A stretch of DNA of 64,000 nt. It comes from Paraspadella gotoi. Lineage: Eukaryota > Animalia > Chaetognatha. Each line of letters opens with the position of its first letter. Within the stretch, counting starts at the first letter, position 1. The notes below the pieces were generated by a model. It was not told the DNA's origin. It ran no database searches and saw nothing but the letters and a program-made list of their open reading frames with translations. A program made the translations under genes and the position numbers. Location of the stretch: assembly GCA_051294375.1 (NCBI GenBank), contig CM119269.1, positions 8,505,619-8,569,618 on the forward strand, written 5' to 3'. Positions 38,015 to 51,842 of the stretch are shown in pieces.

Positions 38015-40559
38015 CGCTCTGTGTAGTTGCATTTCGTTGTCGAAAGGGGATGGTTCCATCAACACGCGCAGCTGGGTTGATATATTGAGAAAGAGAGGAA
38101 TAGAAGAGAAGAGAGAGAGAGGAGAGAGGAGAAGAAGATGAGAGAGAGAGAGAAGAGACAGAGAAGAGAGAGAGGATGTATTTACGTAATTAGATCCAAA
38201 GGGTTCCCTCTGTTCTCCTGATTTTTTCTCTTCCGAAACCCCGATCCCTAAATCTCATCGCTCAGGTTTTCTCTCTGTCCCCCCCCTTTTTTCCCTTTTT
38301 TTCCTTTCTTTTTCCTTTCTTTTTCCCTTTCTTTTTCCCTTTCTTTCCCCCCCTTTCTCTTTTCCCCCCCAGCTCAGAAAATCGTGGCCTAGATGTCGTC
38401 AACGATTTTCTGCGGTCAAAAGTCAAACAACAGACTTTTCTTATTTAGTCCAAGAGATGTACTTGTCGTTATTGTTGTCACTGTTGTTACAGATGTTGTT
38501 ATTGTATGAGAAATAGCAAGATTACTTGTTTTTAATATATCACAATCGATTAGGTAAAATTTTAAAATGAATGTAAAAATATAATTTAGATATTTAGATA
38601 TATTAGATGTAAACAAGAGGATTATTAATATTGTACACAATATTATGAAATATTTGGAATTCAAAAAGACAAAGAAACTTCGTCGTCCTTGTGTTGTATT
38701 GCATGTTATTTGTTGTTTTAGTATTATTTACTGTCCGAGTTTTGTTGTTATTGTAATAATCTTTGTTTTTTATTTTTTTTATTCATTTTTATAAAATATC
38801 AAGTTTTGGACGAGTGACGTCTTCTTTGCCTATGCAATTATCCTATTGGTGTCGTTGTTGTCGTCTTGTAATGAATGTTGTTGTTGGCTTTTGAGTTGGA
38901 CGTTTTTACAACAGGAAACGTCGACCCAAAAATGATAAAAAACAATTTGAGTTTTCGCTTTTTTGTTTTTTTGCTTTTTTTTTCGTTTCGCCCTTTGTTT
39001 CGGTCGTCGCTCGTTTTCCCTTTTGTTTTGATTCATCAAAAAAAATTTTACTTCCGTTTTGGTTCGCTTTTTTATTGTTCTTTGTTTTCTGTTTTTATTC
39101 CTTCGTTTGTTTATTTACCTAAGGCTGAAGAAAGTTCCCTTTGTTTTTTTCTCGATGTTGTAAGAATTTGTTACTATTAGATTTGAACAAATGTAGAACA
39201 CGAATTAGAAAAAAAAAAAGCAAATTGAAATATTACCCGGCACGAATTTACCGACTCGGTAGTTAAATTCAAACACTTTTTTTTTTCTTTTTTCAAACTT
39301 AGCGAGGTTTTAATTCTAAAAATCTTTATTTTTTCTGATGTGTGTTCCAATGTTGTGATGTGTTCCGACCTTCATGGACTCCATTGTTTCTGCGTGGCTT
39401 TAATAAATCTCAAACGAAATTTCGAAGAGAGAGAGAGAGAGGAAAAAATAGTTTTCTGCTTTTTAACTTTTATTTTTATTCCGAGAAACAAAAAAATAAT
39501 TCTATTTAAATTTAAACATGAGAAAGATTCGCTGTGGTAATGAAAAAAAAGGACTAAAAAACCTAGAGCCGAACGTATAAGATGGAATAATAAGGTAGTA
39601 GAGGAAGAAAGAGGAGAAATGAGGAGAGAAGAGTAGAGATAGAGAGAAAGGAAGAAGGAAGAGCTAGAGAAGAGGGAATCGGGGGTAAGAGACTCTTCTT
39701 AACTTTATTGCTTTTTTCTGCTAGCGGCGTCCCAGGGAATTGACAACCACGGTGGACATGACGCGAGTTGTGCGAGTCGAGGTGCCTCTCGACCATGCTC
39801 ACCGAGGCTGACGAGCAGCGACGACTCTAGCCTCCTGACGAGGACCGAGAGAGAGAGATTGTTTTGGTTTTTTCTCTCGTGATTCTTCTCGTGAGGAGAT
39901 GAGGAATCATTTTCACCGACGAAAGGTGAATCGATTTCGAGGAATTCACGAGGAAAAGGGAGGATGAGGAGATGAGNNNNNNNNNNNNNNNNNNNNNNNN
40001 NNNNNNNNNNNNNNNNNNNNNNNNNNNNNNNNNNNNNNNNNNNNNNNNNNNNNNNNNNNNNNNNNNNNNNNNNNNNNNNNNNNNNNNNNNNNNNNNNNNN
40101 NNNNNNNNNNNNNNNNNNNNNNNNNNNNNNNNNNNNNNNNNNNNNNNNNNNNNNNNNNNNNNNNNNNNNNNNNNNNNNNNNNNNNNNNNNNNNNNNNNNN
40201 NNNNNNNNGTAGATGAGAAAGAGAGGATGAGGAGATGAGAAAGAGAGGATGAGGAGAAGAGAAAGGGAGGATGATGAAATGATAAAGAGAGGATGAGGAG
40301 ANNNNNNNNNNNNNNNNNNNNNNNNNATTACTTATAACCCCCGGATGCAATATTTTATAAAAAATTACAATCGGGAAGAAATCAAAAGATAACATTATAA
40401 TCTGCGCTTTAAGATTAAAAAAATTTACGGGCGAGGAATATAATTTATAGCCTAATGACGGGAAAAAACAAATTTATGGGATAACCAAGTTTTTTGACTA
40501 GAATAAGCATGTCATGGAACGGTGAAAGAACGAAACCAGGCCCCCAAAAGCCCACAATC

Positions 40560-40830
40560 TTTCCCTGGTTTAATTCGCATAATCCCCCAGTTAAATTCCA
40601 CGTAGCATCCGTCTTTAGAATTCTTGAGACGGCAAGCTCTATAAACTCCGAGACAAATCTAATTTGAAAGAGTTTTTTCTTGATATCGAGCACACATATG
40701 GGGCTACATCCCCATCGGTAAGCCATGGCTCTACCACCCAATTTTGGGGACATCAGAACTTATTGTAAAAAAAAGTAACTTTCGCGCCATATTTTGAAAC
40801 CTTGAAAAAACTTCTCGGAACGTTTAAATC
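40560..40830 (-). pseudogene. Frameshifted coding fragment, paralogue of 41334-41580 (unidentified; possibly cullin-N-like)
   Basis: The reverse complement aligns with 41400-41570 and shares FVxEFxELAVSEILDGCxV after one indel correction, with synonymous third-position differences. Confidence 0.35.
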
Positions 40831-41333
40831 CCGGCGCGCTTCAGCACTCGGCCAAATGATTTTCAAAAAAAATATATACAGTTCAAATTAAATTATCATA
40901 AAGCTGTAGGTTTGTTTTTAATTTTTTTGGGAAACAAAAAATTCATTTCATGTTATGAAATTTAGGAAAAGTCGGAGGCAGTTGCCTCGTTTGTAAGCCA
41001 CGACTTTCGAACGTTTTTTCACGTTGCTTGTGATTTTATTATTACGAGTTTTCTGACGAATCTCTATTAAATATAAATAATTAAACACGTTTTCAGTTCT
41101 TATGGGCCGGAAGTGACAATTCCTGCAACCTTTTCCCTGGACCGGATCATAGCTATTATCTTCTTCTTTTAGTAAAGTTCTTATATTAATATTTTTTCAA
41201 ATCAAAAAAACCCAAAAAAATTAGGCTAATGATTAAGAGAATGAAGAATTGAAATCGTTTCAAAAAGAAATAATCAAAGTTGGAAAACCAAATTTATATT
41301 AAGGGTTTTTGAAATTTTTTTTAAATTACCAAA

Positions 41334-41580
41334 ATGGCCGGATTGGTTAAAAAACCTAAGACCTTTGACACGGAATGGAATGATAGGATTCGAATCCACT
41401 CAAGATAACTTTTTACAAAACTGCTGATGTCCCAAAAGTGGTCGTAGAGCAATGGAACTTACGAAGGGAGTAGCCACATTAACAAACCAAAAATCCCGCT
41501 ATTCCAATATCATTTTGTACTCGAGTTTTAGAGAGCTTGCCGTATCAGAAATTCTAGACGGATGCACTGTACAAGTTTTA
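41334..41580 (+). pseudogene. Frameshifted coding fragment starting MAGLVKKPKTFDTEW (unidentified; possibly cullin-N-like)
   Basis: Good start context caaaATGGCC. Downstream ELAVSEILDGC segment is shared with the inverted copy. Confidence 0.35.
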
Positions 41581-43489
41581 AGAAGCTATCTTTTCAAAAT
41601 TAAAGAGTTACAGTTACATATATACAAATAGGAAAAGTGCACCCAATTTCGTATATAAGTAGGTACTTGGAGATTTAAAAAAACACCCGAGTTTAAGGAG
41701 TCTAAGATCAAGCAAAACAGAGCCGAAGAAAAAATTTTAAAATACTAAAAAAGGCAGGTTTTAAATCTTTTCTCCGAAACACCTTTAAATTCAACAGACC
41801 ATTTAATATTTTAAGGACGAAAAAAGGGTGACGATCCTCGGTAAAAATCAGCATATCAAGTTGAGTTTGAACGATTTCCGGAACGGAGTGTCGGCAAATC
41901 CAGTTGCGGCTATTTAAAGGCGCTCTAATAGCTAACGATTCTTCCAAGTTTTCCACCAATCTGTAACGAAATTGAATTGCGGGGAACAAGATCGCCCTGA
42001 CAGATATAGAGAGTTCCTAACTTACCTTTGATGAAAGTAATGCTCTTGTAAAAAATTCTAAAGATATCCACTAAATCAGGGACAGCGGTCGGGCTCAAAC
42101 TGAATACCATCCAGCCAGGACGGCTAGGAATCGTAATCGCCCCGCGAAAGTCACCTGAAGGAAAAAGCAAATGATAGATGAATACAATTGTCAACGTATT
42201 ACGGAAAATATATTCGGCTAACCTGTTGATTTCTTCGCTTCAACTTCCGTTCTTGTAGGCTCGGTACATTCTTCATGGATCCCCGTGCTCCACAGGATAA
42301 AAAAAGCTAATAGTGCCTGCGCACTCCGAAAACAACGGTGAGAACAGAAGAACAAAAGAAACGAACTCTCCGTTCTCCGGACTTGCAGCTAAGGAATTCT
42401 ATCCACTTCGTACTCATCATTCCCAACTCACCAAATCGTATCGCTCAGACGCAAGACCACCACCCTCGCCGTATGCCAAGAACCCGAGCTAAAGATTCCT
42501 AAGACTGTAATAAAAGAGCGCAAAAATGAAACTCTTATGCCGCAATTCACTCCGTACGTCACGAGCCTCCAGAAAGTGAGGCAGAGTCAGTCCGGGTAAG
42601 CGTAATGTATTGTTGTTGTTGTGCTTTTTCGTTTTTTTTCGTCGCGCGGATTTTTTTTATATTTCTTTGTTTTTCTTCTTCTTTTCTTTTCATCTCTTTT
42701 TCTCTCTCTCTCTGCTTTATTCTCCCCTTTCAGTCTTTCTTTTCTTTCTGTTCTTTAAATATTTTTTTATATACTCATCCTCGTCTACTTATCGCCATAC
42801 CTTTTTCAGAAAGATACAGCGTTCTGATGTAATCTCTCCATCATACTCTCTCCATAGAATTCCACTCATTTAGTTTTTATAGTTCAGGGTACGATACTTC
42901 CCTCATTCTATGCTCGATAGTTCACTTATATAGACTGAACTTAATTACCTTTTATATCTTATCTGACGAGAGTTTCTCTCGAAGAAGCGAATTCACTTCA
43001 CCTGATCACCAGAACTTGATGGTGGAGAGCTTTGATACGATATAATGAAAAGAAAAAAAATAAAAAAACTGGCATGCTCGCTGTTTTTAGCATCTGGTGC
43101 GTATTTTGGCCGTCGCAAGTTTAAATATGTCTATCTTACATAATGTTTAACATTGAGGAAAAGTCTTATAATCCTCTTAGGTAATAGCGTTGGTGGAGCT
43201 CCTTATTCCATTTATATACCATGGATTTCTATTTCTTTCAGTCTTAGCTTATAATACTCAGTATCGCAATTTAAATTTTTGACCGTCCGAATGAAATAAA
43301 AAAAGGGTCGGGTCTTCTTCGTCAAAAAAAAAAAGACCGGCAGGTTTTGATTGCTTCTTTTGTTATGTTTGTTGCTCTTTCTGTCAGAATCTTTCGTCGT
43401 GGACTCAAGTAAAACAAAATCGGGTCAAGGGCGTCGAGGGAAAGACGAGGAGATAAGGAACGACAACGACAACAATCGTACTGACATTA

Positions 43490-44150
43490 CGGCAAAGGCT
43501 GGAAAGATTAAGGGACAACAGCGATATACGATGACGACATCAAGACAAAAGATGAAGGAAAATGACAACTGCAAAATGATGACGACATACGGACACAAGC
43601 TGGGAGATTAATGACAACAGCAAATACGCATGACCGACATCCAAGGACAAAGATGGAGAAAATTGAAAACTGCAAAATATTGATGACGGACATTCAAGGA
43701 CAAAGCTGGAGATAAGAACACCAGTCAATACGATGACGACATCAAGGAAAAAGCTGGAGATAAGGACGACAACAACAATGACAAGGACAATGAATTCACA
43801 GCAGAGACAATGCTAGTGATAAGCATGATGACAATTTCAAAGAAAGAGCTATAGTCTATAGCTCTTTCTTTGAAATTGTCTTCATGCTTATCTCTAGCAT
43901 CTATCTATAGTATAGATATTCTTGACAATGTAATGATGTTAAGGACAAAGCTGGAGATAAAGACATCATCGAAAACAACATCAACTCTGGATACAAAGAT
44001 TACAAAAATCTAATGACAAGACTGAGGCTACATATAAAGACAAGAAAAAAAGAACTGGAAATAAGAACAACAGCTCAACAACAACATCAAGGACAAAGCT
44101 GTAAATAATCACAACCGAGACAACAACATCAGGGATAAAAGACAAAGACA
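43490..44150. repeat. Degenerate ~45-50-bp minisatellite
   Basis: Unit gacatcaaggacaaagctggagataag...acaacagc...gatgac recurs more than 8 times. Confidence 0.75.
43810..43900. repeat. 91-bp near-perfect palindrome (45-bp arms, 1-nt centre)
   Basis: atgctagtgataagcatgatgacaatttcaaagaaagagctatag-T-ctatagctctttctttgaaattgtcttcatgcttatctctagcat, 2 mismatches. Confidence 0.9.
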
Positions 44151-44554
44151 AAGACAAAGACAACGACAACATCATCGATGACGACAAAAATCGATTATCA
44201 TTTTCAACTTCACGTTATTCAGTGAGAATCGATTTCACTGTGAATTTTCTTTGTTTCTTTCATTTCTTCCCGGATTTAAATCCCAAGTGATTTTTTATTT
44301 TTTCTTGATTCTTTGTTAAGATTAATTCTTTTTCTTTTTTCTTATTTTTTAACTAAATTATAAAATTCATTCCTTTTTTTTCAGCAAAAAATATTATCTT
44401 TGAAAAAAAAAAATCAAAATGAAAAAAAATAAGAAGAAAAATTTTTATCTTTAGATGAAAAACTGAAAAAGAGAAAAAAAAATTATGGAGGTTTTAAATA
44501 TGAAGCGAGATTTCTGGCAGGACTGGGACTAATAGGAAGAAAGGCATTGGGCGA

Positions 44555-44585
<31 letters not shown>

Positions 44586-47500
44586 TTCTCTCTCTGTGGA
44601 GTAGCTATTATCGTCTTCTCCCATCTAACTTTTCTTCCTCCAAAGCGAAATCATTCCAGTCAANNNNNNNNNNNNNNNNNNNNNNNNNNNNNNNNNNNNN
44701 NNNNNNNNNNNNNNNNNNNNNNNNNNNNNNNNNNNNNNNNNNNNNNNNNNNNNNNNNNNNNNNNNNNNNNNNNNNNNNNNNNNNNNNNNNNNNNNNNNNN
44801 NNNNNNNNNNNNNNNNNNNNNNNNNNNNNNNNNNNNNNNNNNNNNNNNNNNNNNNNNNNNNNNNNNNNNNNNNNNNNNNNNNNNNNNNNNNNNNNNNNNN
44901 NNNNNNNNNNNNNNNNNNNNNNNNNNNNNNNNNNNNNNNNNNNNNNNNNNNNNNNNNNNNNNNNNNNNNNNNNNNNNNNNNNNNNNNNNNNNNNNNNNNN
45001 NNNNNNNNNNNNNNNNNNNNNNNNNNNNNNNNNNNNNNNNNNNNNNNNNNNNNNNNNNNNNNNNNNNNNNNNNNNNNNNNNNNNNNNNNNNNNNNNNNNN
45101 NNNNNNNNNNNNNNNNNNNNNNNNNNNNNNNNNNNNNNNNNNNNNNNNNNNNNNNNNNNNNNNNNNNNNNNNNNNNNNNNNNNNNNNNNNNNNNNNNNNN
45201 NNNNNNNNNNNNNNNNNNNNNNNNNNNNNNNNNNNNNNNNNNNNNNNNNNNNNNNNNNNNNNNNNNNNNNNNNNNNNNNNNNNNNNNNNNNNNNNNNNNN
45301 NNNNNNNNNNNNNNNNNNNNNNNNNNNNNNNNNNNNNNNNNNNNNNNNNNNNNNNNNNNNNNNNNNNNNNNNNNNNNNNNNNNNNNNNNNNNNNNNNNNN
45401 NNNNNNNNNNNNNNNNNNNNNNNNNNNNNNNNNNNNNNNNNNNNNNNNNNNNNNNNNNNNNNNNNNNNNNNTGAAAGGTGAGCGTGAATGATAAGTGAAC
45501 ATTTTATATCTAACTTTAATCAAAATTCTAAGACTGAAAGATTAACCACATAGAAAGTATAAACCAATTTCATCATCAATTGTTCACTTTGCTATTCTAT
45601 ATTTGATGTAATTGAATTTCAGATTTGAATTCGTCAAGAGAAGTTGATAAGAAGAAATAAAACTCTTTTTTGAGCTGGTAAAAAAGAAAAACAAGTTTAA
45701 GTCAAAAATTTAACTTTTGCATTATAAAAATAATTCGTATTTATATTCTTTTATTTTATATTCAACTTAATGAGTGTAGTCTCCATCAAGGGTTTCTTGG
45801 ATGGTTGCAGTTAAAGTAAAGTGGGGCGAAAATGTTGTGCGTCCAATGTCCAGCGTTGGCTCCAATGTCGGCGATTTGTCCGTACGAGTGACGGGGCGAA
45901 GAGTGGAAAGGCCTAGGTGGGGTTGAGGGCGCGAAAAGGGCCACGGTCCTCGCGGGGCGTCCGCGGAACGAAATGCCTCAAATGTTTGCAAAAAGTCGAA
46001 AAGAAAAAAAAAATTCGGGCGGCGTAAAAATCGAAAAAATGAAGTTTAAACACAGGTGGTGGTGGCCTTAAGTGTGAAACGCATCGTAGTGAAAATGTCC
46101 GATTGTTAATGTCTAAGTCTTGAGACGCGAGGATTTTTTTTAAAGGATTTTCTTTTTCTTTTATTTATTTTCTCTTTTTTTCTCCTTTTATTATTCGCCT
46201 TTCATTTTTTTTTTAAGTTTTTTTTTTAACCTCCACGCTTCATAATTTTTTCGGGTTCATAAGTTTTTTTGGTTTCTTAAAAAAAAATTTTTTCTTAGTT
46301 TTGATTTTGGAAGAATGTTTTTCCTCGGCCGCTCGCCTTTTGTTTGTTTTGGTTATTGCGAGAAATAAGGAATGGTTATGAAAACAGGAATTTTCTTTTT
46401 TTCTATTTTTTTTTCTTTTTTTTTCCTCTGAAAAATTCTTCGAGCACAGAAGAAAATCATCAAATTCAAAAAGTTCATTCGGTTGGAAACAAATGAAGAA
46501 ATTAATGGAGCGAATGAAAGAAATGAAATGAATTTTAATGAGGCGAAAAAAAGAAGAGGGGGAAAGACGGAACCTAAAATCTAAACGATGAAATTGAACA
46601 GATTTTAGGGACATCTTTAAGTTTGTATATATTTATAATTATACTGGTACTATCTACTTTTACAAAATTACTTGTTTCAGAATAAAGATTTGATCAGAAA
46701 AACTTTTTCTTTCTGGTCAACATTTACAAGGAAACCGAAAATAAAAAAAACGTGTGGGTGTCGGAGAACAAAAAGATTTTTGCCACCTGAAAATAAAAAA
46801 AGAAGCGAATGAACTTTTAATAAAGAAAAAATCAGATTTTAAAATTCAATCTGAGCCAAAAAAAAAANNNNNNNNNNNNNNNNNNNNNNNNNAAAAAAAA
46901 AACACGGAAAAACCTCGAATATGTGAACTTTTTTTGAATCAGAGAGATAGGGTGAAGGGAGAAGAGAGAAGGGAAGAGGGAATGGGGAGTGAGAAAAAGA
47001 AGGGGGATGGGCGGGCAACCGGGTTAGGGGGAAGAGGGTAATAAATAGCGCCTTGGAAAAAAAAATATATGAAACAAAAAGTCGTTTTAAAAGTCGAAAT
47101 CTTTTCTGCGTATTTATTTATCTGTATGAGTGAGGCGCAAAAGATTTTGAGGTGCATCCAGGAGTAATAGAGAGAGATAGGAGAAGGACTTTTGAGTGTA
47201 GTAGGAAATACTACGAGACGTGCGTGTCTTGTTTGAGATCTGAGGTTTTTGGTATCGTCTAGAGATATGTCGCATGTATTCTGTCGTATATGGAAATCTG
47301 TCTGGAGGCGAATATGGAGATGCGACGCAGGGATGATGGTATGTCTGGTCTCTGATGGTCTGTATGGATTGATGTGGCCTCGTGGTTCTGTCGAGTTTAG
47401 GGTACTCTTCTCTAGCATCGATCTCTCTGCTTCTCTCTGCTTGCTCTTCTGCTGCTCTCTCTCGAGTCGGATCTCTGAGATCTTTCTCTCGATCTCTCGG

Positions 47501-47749
47501 ATTCTGCTATTTCTCGTGCCAGAATCTGTGAGGGGAGATCGTACTAGGGAATATCACTATCCATCGTCTTTAATCGCTGATAAACACGTATGTTTTTGTA
47601 GGCGCGTCGACTTTTCTGGGCGGGGAACGTCTTCCTTTAAACGTCGTTATCCCAAGTTATACAAAGTTTGATATATTCCGATTTATTCGGCTCCTTTTAT
47701 TTACATCTTCAACCAATATTTTCTCTCCGGCCAGAGATCCGGATCTTAA

Positions 47750-50700
47750 AATATGTCTGTTTATGGGAAGAATTTAATTAATAGTGAAAACAAGATGGGG
47801 GATCAGTCAACCGCAAAATTTCGACGAACCGTTATAAGTAAGTTTAAATAAAGAAAAATATCCGATATCGATATGTGTATTTTTATATATCAGTACCGAC
47901 TCGGATGACGAACCTCTATCTCAAGTGAATATCCAATAACAACAAAAAAAATCCGACTAATTTCTGATACAACAACGTTTTTTCAAGACAAGCGAAAACC
48001 AGAACCTTGCTAGGGCTGATGAAACTTTTGGTTAGTTTTTCACGCGTCTCTGAGGGAATTTTTAGGTAAGAACAAGGTCCAATCTCGCTGATACAGACGA
48101 GGCCCAAGAACGAAACAGCATCCCGAGTGACAAAGAAACAAGACCGAACGACGCCCTGACAAACAGCGAACGCAGCAGCCCGACCCGAACACAAGCCAAA
48201 AACCAAAGACAAAATTAACCCCAAGCCGGAACCCGTAGCATCCTGGGGGTCTGAGACACAAGAGCCGACTACCCTTAACAAACCCCGGGCATCTTCCACC
48301 CACTCTCTCCCCTAATGGTAATAAAAATTACCTCGGCCGTCGTGAAAAAAGAAACATTGAGAGGCGAGTAAAAGGAGTAGAAGTCGCGAAAACATCCCAA
48401 GTGATTTTCACCACCCACCGGGTGGACCGCCTCACATCTTACAAACCAGATCATCTCTCGTATACTAAACAGTGCAATTCATTTAAAGTCCACCTCGCGG
48501 AAGAGAATATAAATGTTATTTCGAAGCGAACGTATTTATTTCTATGCCCTGAAGGTGATTTTTGGGAATCCCGGATGTGATAACTACGTTATCTTGTTCG
48601 CGGATCTGCATAATACTGCGGTACCGAAACGACGGATGAAGGTCGGGAACGAAACAAGTACGCCACCGCCGCGACACGAGGAACTCGAGCGGTCGCGGAC
48701 AGGACGAGCCGCAGACGGACTGGGACCCGAGCGAAAGGCTGCGACGGACCACAGTACAAAATGCTGCGCATTATGATAACACTTGATGGTGTCAGAGAGG
48801 ATTAAGAAGTGCGCAGAAAACTTATCGTATCATTCTGTAATCTCGGTACCAGAAATCATTAATGAGAGTGGACGGAGACGTTATGATAATTTACATGGCC
48901 ATGACTGGATAAAGATGGAAATGGGAAAGGGTGACGCCGTGTTGTCGACAAGTGGGAGTATAGTGATTCCCTTAGGGATAGTTCATGGTAGTAATCAAGA
49001 ATGATACGACCTGGAGTAATTTAGTGCGAAAGACAGATTCGAGAGGCAGATGAGGTAAAAGAGAGTGTTAAGAGGAGAGATGAGAAGAGGATATGACAGA
49101 GAGAGATGTAGAAAGTTGACAAGAAGAAAAATAATATACCTGCGGTGCCTCTTCTTCTCTCCTTCTCCTCTCTCTTCTAAAAAAAAAATGTTGATGCACA
49201 AAATAATTAAACAAACATTCCTTCTCTCTATCTTTTCCCCCCCAGAAAATAAAAACCGTAATGTTTCGTTCGTCCGGTGTATGAGTAAACAAAACAGTTG
49301 TGTAAACAAAAACAGTAAAACATCATAATGTGAGGGAAAATAAATCAAACAATAAGGTTGAAGATATAAAACGAGATTTCTTTTGGCAGCGGAAAAGGGA
49401 CAAGGGGTTGGTGGTATTAGAGAAAGGGGGATGATGGGCTGGTTGAGGAAGGACAATAGGCCATATAACATGAGCTCATTTTATGGTAGCTCTTTCTTTT
49501 ATCTTATCTTTCACTAAACTCCTGTGCACTTACCCTATCCGCTAACCACTTGATTTCTTTCGCATTTCCAATTTCCACTTCATTTTACTAATTTTATTTT
49601 CATTGTTGTTAATAGTAGTGATTACTTAATCTTTTAAGTTTACTTATTTACTTCTTATTTTCTCTGTTGTACATTACTAATTGTATTACATTTCATTCCT
49701 TTGTGTGTGCGTGGTTCTCTCTTCTCTCTGCTCTCTCTTCTCCTCCTCTCTCTCTTTCATTTTCACAATCTTACTTCTAACTTCCCCCTGTCCTTACCTT
49801 GGAACTGGTCCTCACATGCTGACCACTCTCTCACTCGAATTCTTTGTTGGAATCTCCCTCTCTCTCTGTCTCCTCTCGTCTTCTCTCACTTTAAACTTCA
49901 ACTTATCACAGAGATAATTGTGTGTAAAAAAAAATCACTTGCTGATGAAGACTCTAACTCTACAGAGGTCGTACTATGTCCGACTTACTTGTTCACCATT
50001 AAACAATTTCGTTCTGCCACCTATTAAAAACTGTTTCCTGGCGTTTTCCCTAAAAGTTGAACTTCTGAAACTAATGTTGACTCCCAATAGGGCGCTTAAA
50101 AAAATATGGGCTTCTCAATGGTTCTCAGCATTATAGTTGAAAACTATGAATAACGGGAAAGTTATGACAAAAAAGATGTTCGCGGTCTTCGCTTGTCTTC
50201 ATACTTGTTGACTTTGATCTCGATAACTGTGTCTCTCTCCACTGCTTGGGACTATTACAAACAATCATTACTCGCTGTATTTTGTCGTTGCAATGATAAT
50301 TAAAATAACTTATGGATTGGATGAGAATGTGAATATTTGCGCCTGAAAGAGTTTTTGAAGAAAAATGTTGAGTCTGAACGAGTCCTTTGAGAGAGAAGGA
50401 GAAAGAATACGCAGAGGATACTATGCAAGGTGGAAGATGTAAGGGGATAAGAGGAATGAGACGTGAGAAAGAGGATGGAAGAGGTAAGAAGAACGAGAGA
50501 AAGTATAAGTACTTTGACGAAAGAGAGAAGAAGAGGAAGAGTGAGAGAGAAGTGAGGAGAAGATGAGGAAAAGATAGAGGAGAGGGGACAGATGGAGGAG
50601 GGAGCGACTTTTGTTAGATTTCTGATAAAATCACGGGAACTTTGAAGGTGAGATAGGGAGAGCGGAGAAAAGAAAGAAAGAGAGAAAGAGGGAAAAGAAA

Positions 50701-51522
50701 AAGTGGAGAAAAAAAGAAAATGGAGGAGGAAGGAAAATCGAATAAGAGAGTATTTTTCTCATTATAGAGTTCATATACCTTCTCCTATAATTAGAAAAAT
50801 AAGAAATTCTTTTTGAGAAAATAGAGTTCTTCTATGTGTATTTTTTGTTACATGGAGATAGTATAAATTCTTTTTATTACTCGGGAAATTTGTGTCGTAC
50901 AATTGGACACGAAATAATGTGATTTTCTGGACCCTTCCCGGCTAGTTAGGATAGTAAAAATCATGTAGCGTAGCTACCGTAATCTGACTGAAAAATCATT
51001 AATACCTGTGAGCATTCGACGAGAATGCTATGAATATTTTTCTGCGCATTTGCATAAAAATAGTCGCGGAATACTCTGTAAATTCTGCCGTGGTATTTTT
51101 TCCTATTGTTTTTATAACATTTGACCGCTCCATCGAGATATCCTAATCTTATCATATAAATGATACAATCTTATATTATCCGGCTGCGATGTGATATATC
51201 GATCTGGATGCTGCTCAATATCTCCCACGACAGAGAGATGAACGTCAGCTAACTCCATATCCGTCATACCAAACTTCTCCTCTTCAGGTATATGTAACGT
51301 AGCGTAACCAATTGATACCCCAGTTAAACGTTTAACCAATCACCGATCCAATAAATGTCGATGAAGAATTTATTAATAGTAAACAAGATGGGATCGATCC
51401 CAAATTTCGACGGAACCGAAGATTAAAATTCCATTCGATGAAAATTAATCAGACCGAATCGATTCCGATTCCATAAAATCGTCTGATGAACTTTTTAGTT
51501 TACGTCTCGGAATTTGTGGTCC

Positions 51523-51553
<31 letters not shown>

Positions 51554-51774
51554 TAACGAGACTGGGTCGAGACACGCCCCCTTCAACCGCCTCCCCTCTC
51601 CTTAAGTTAAAACCGGAAAAACTGAGGGCGATAAAGGGTAAGTCGAAACCGGGTGACGCCTCACCTCCATTCGTCTAAACTTACCCTCGATTAATGAAGC
51701 GACGAAAGAAGGTGAGTGATACTAACGACGACGACGAACGACGAACGACGAACGACGAACGACGATGACGACGA

Positions 51775-51842
<68 letters not shown>

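Noticed and set aside
40690-40740. HGLPMG on the minus strand as a Penelope/LINE RT motif
   Set aside because: Immediately followed by a stop, with no YxDD downstream. The paralogous copy does not conserve it.
43490-44150. Repeat array as a CRISPR-like locus
   Set aside because: Units are contiguous degenerate tandem copies without unique spacers; eukaryotic context and no cas genes.
44547-45523. Long ORFs made mostly of X (also 6.4-10.6 kb and 51.9-59 kb)
   Set aside because: They only span N gaps.
45767-45991. GC-rich minus-strand ORF ending ...QETLDGDYTH as a terminal exon
   Set aside because: Plausible, but no family motif or linked upstream exon could be established. The same applies to candidate exons near 39.7, 57.1, 58.0 and 59.2 kb.
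50961-51339. Two overlapping minus-strand ORFs (75 and 64 aa) that look protein-like
   Set aside because: No recognisable motif, and they lie in an error-rich patch; cannot be supported without a search.
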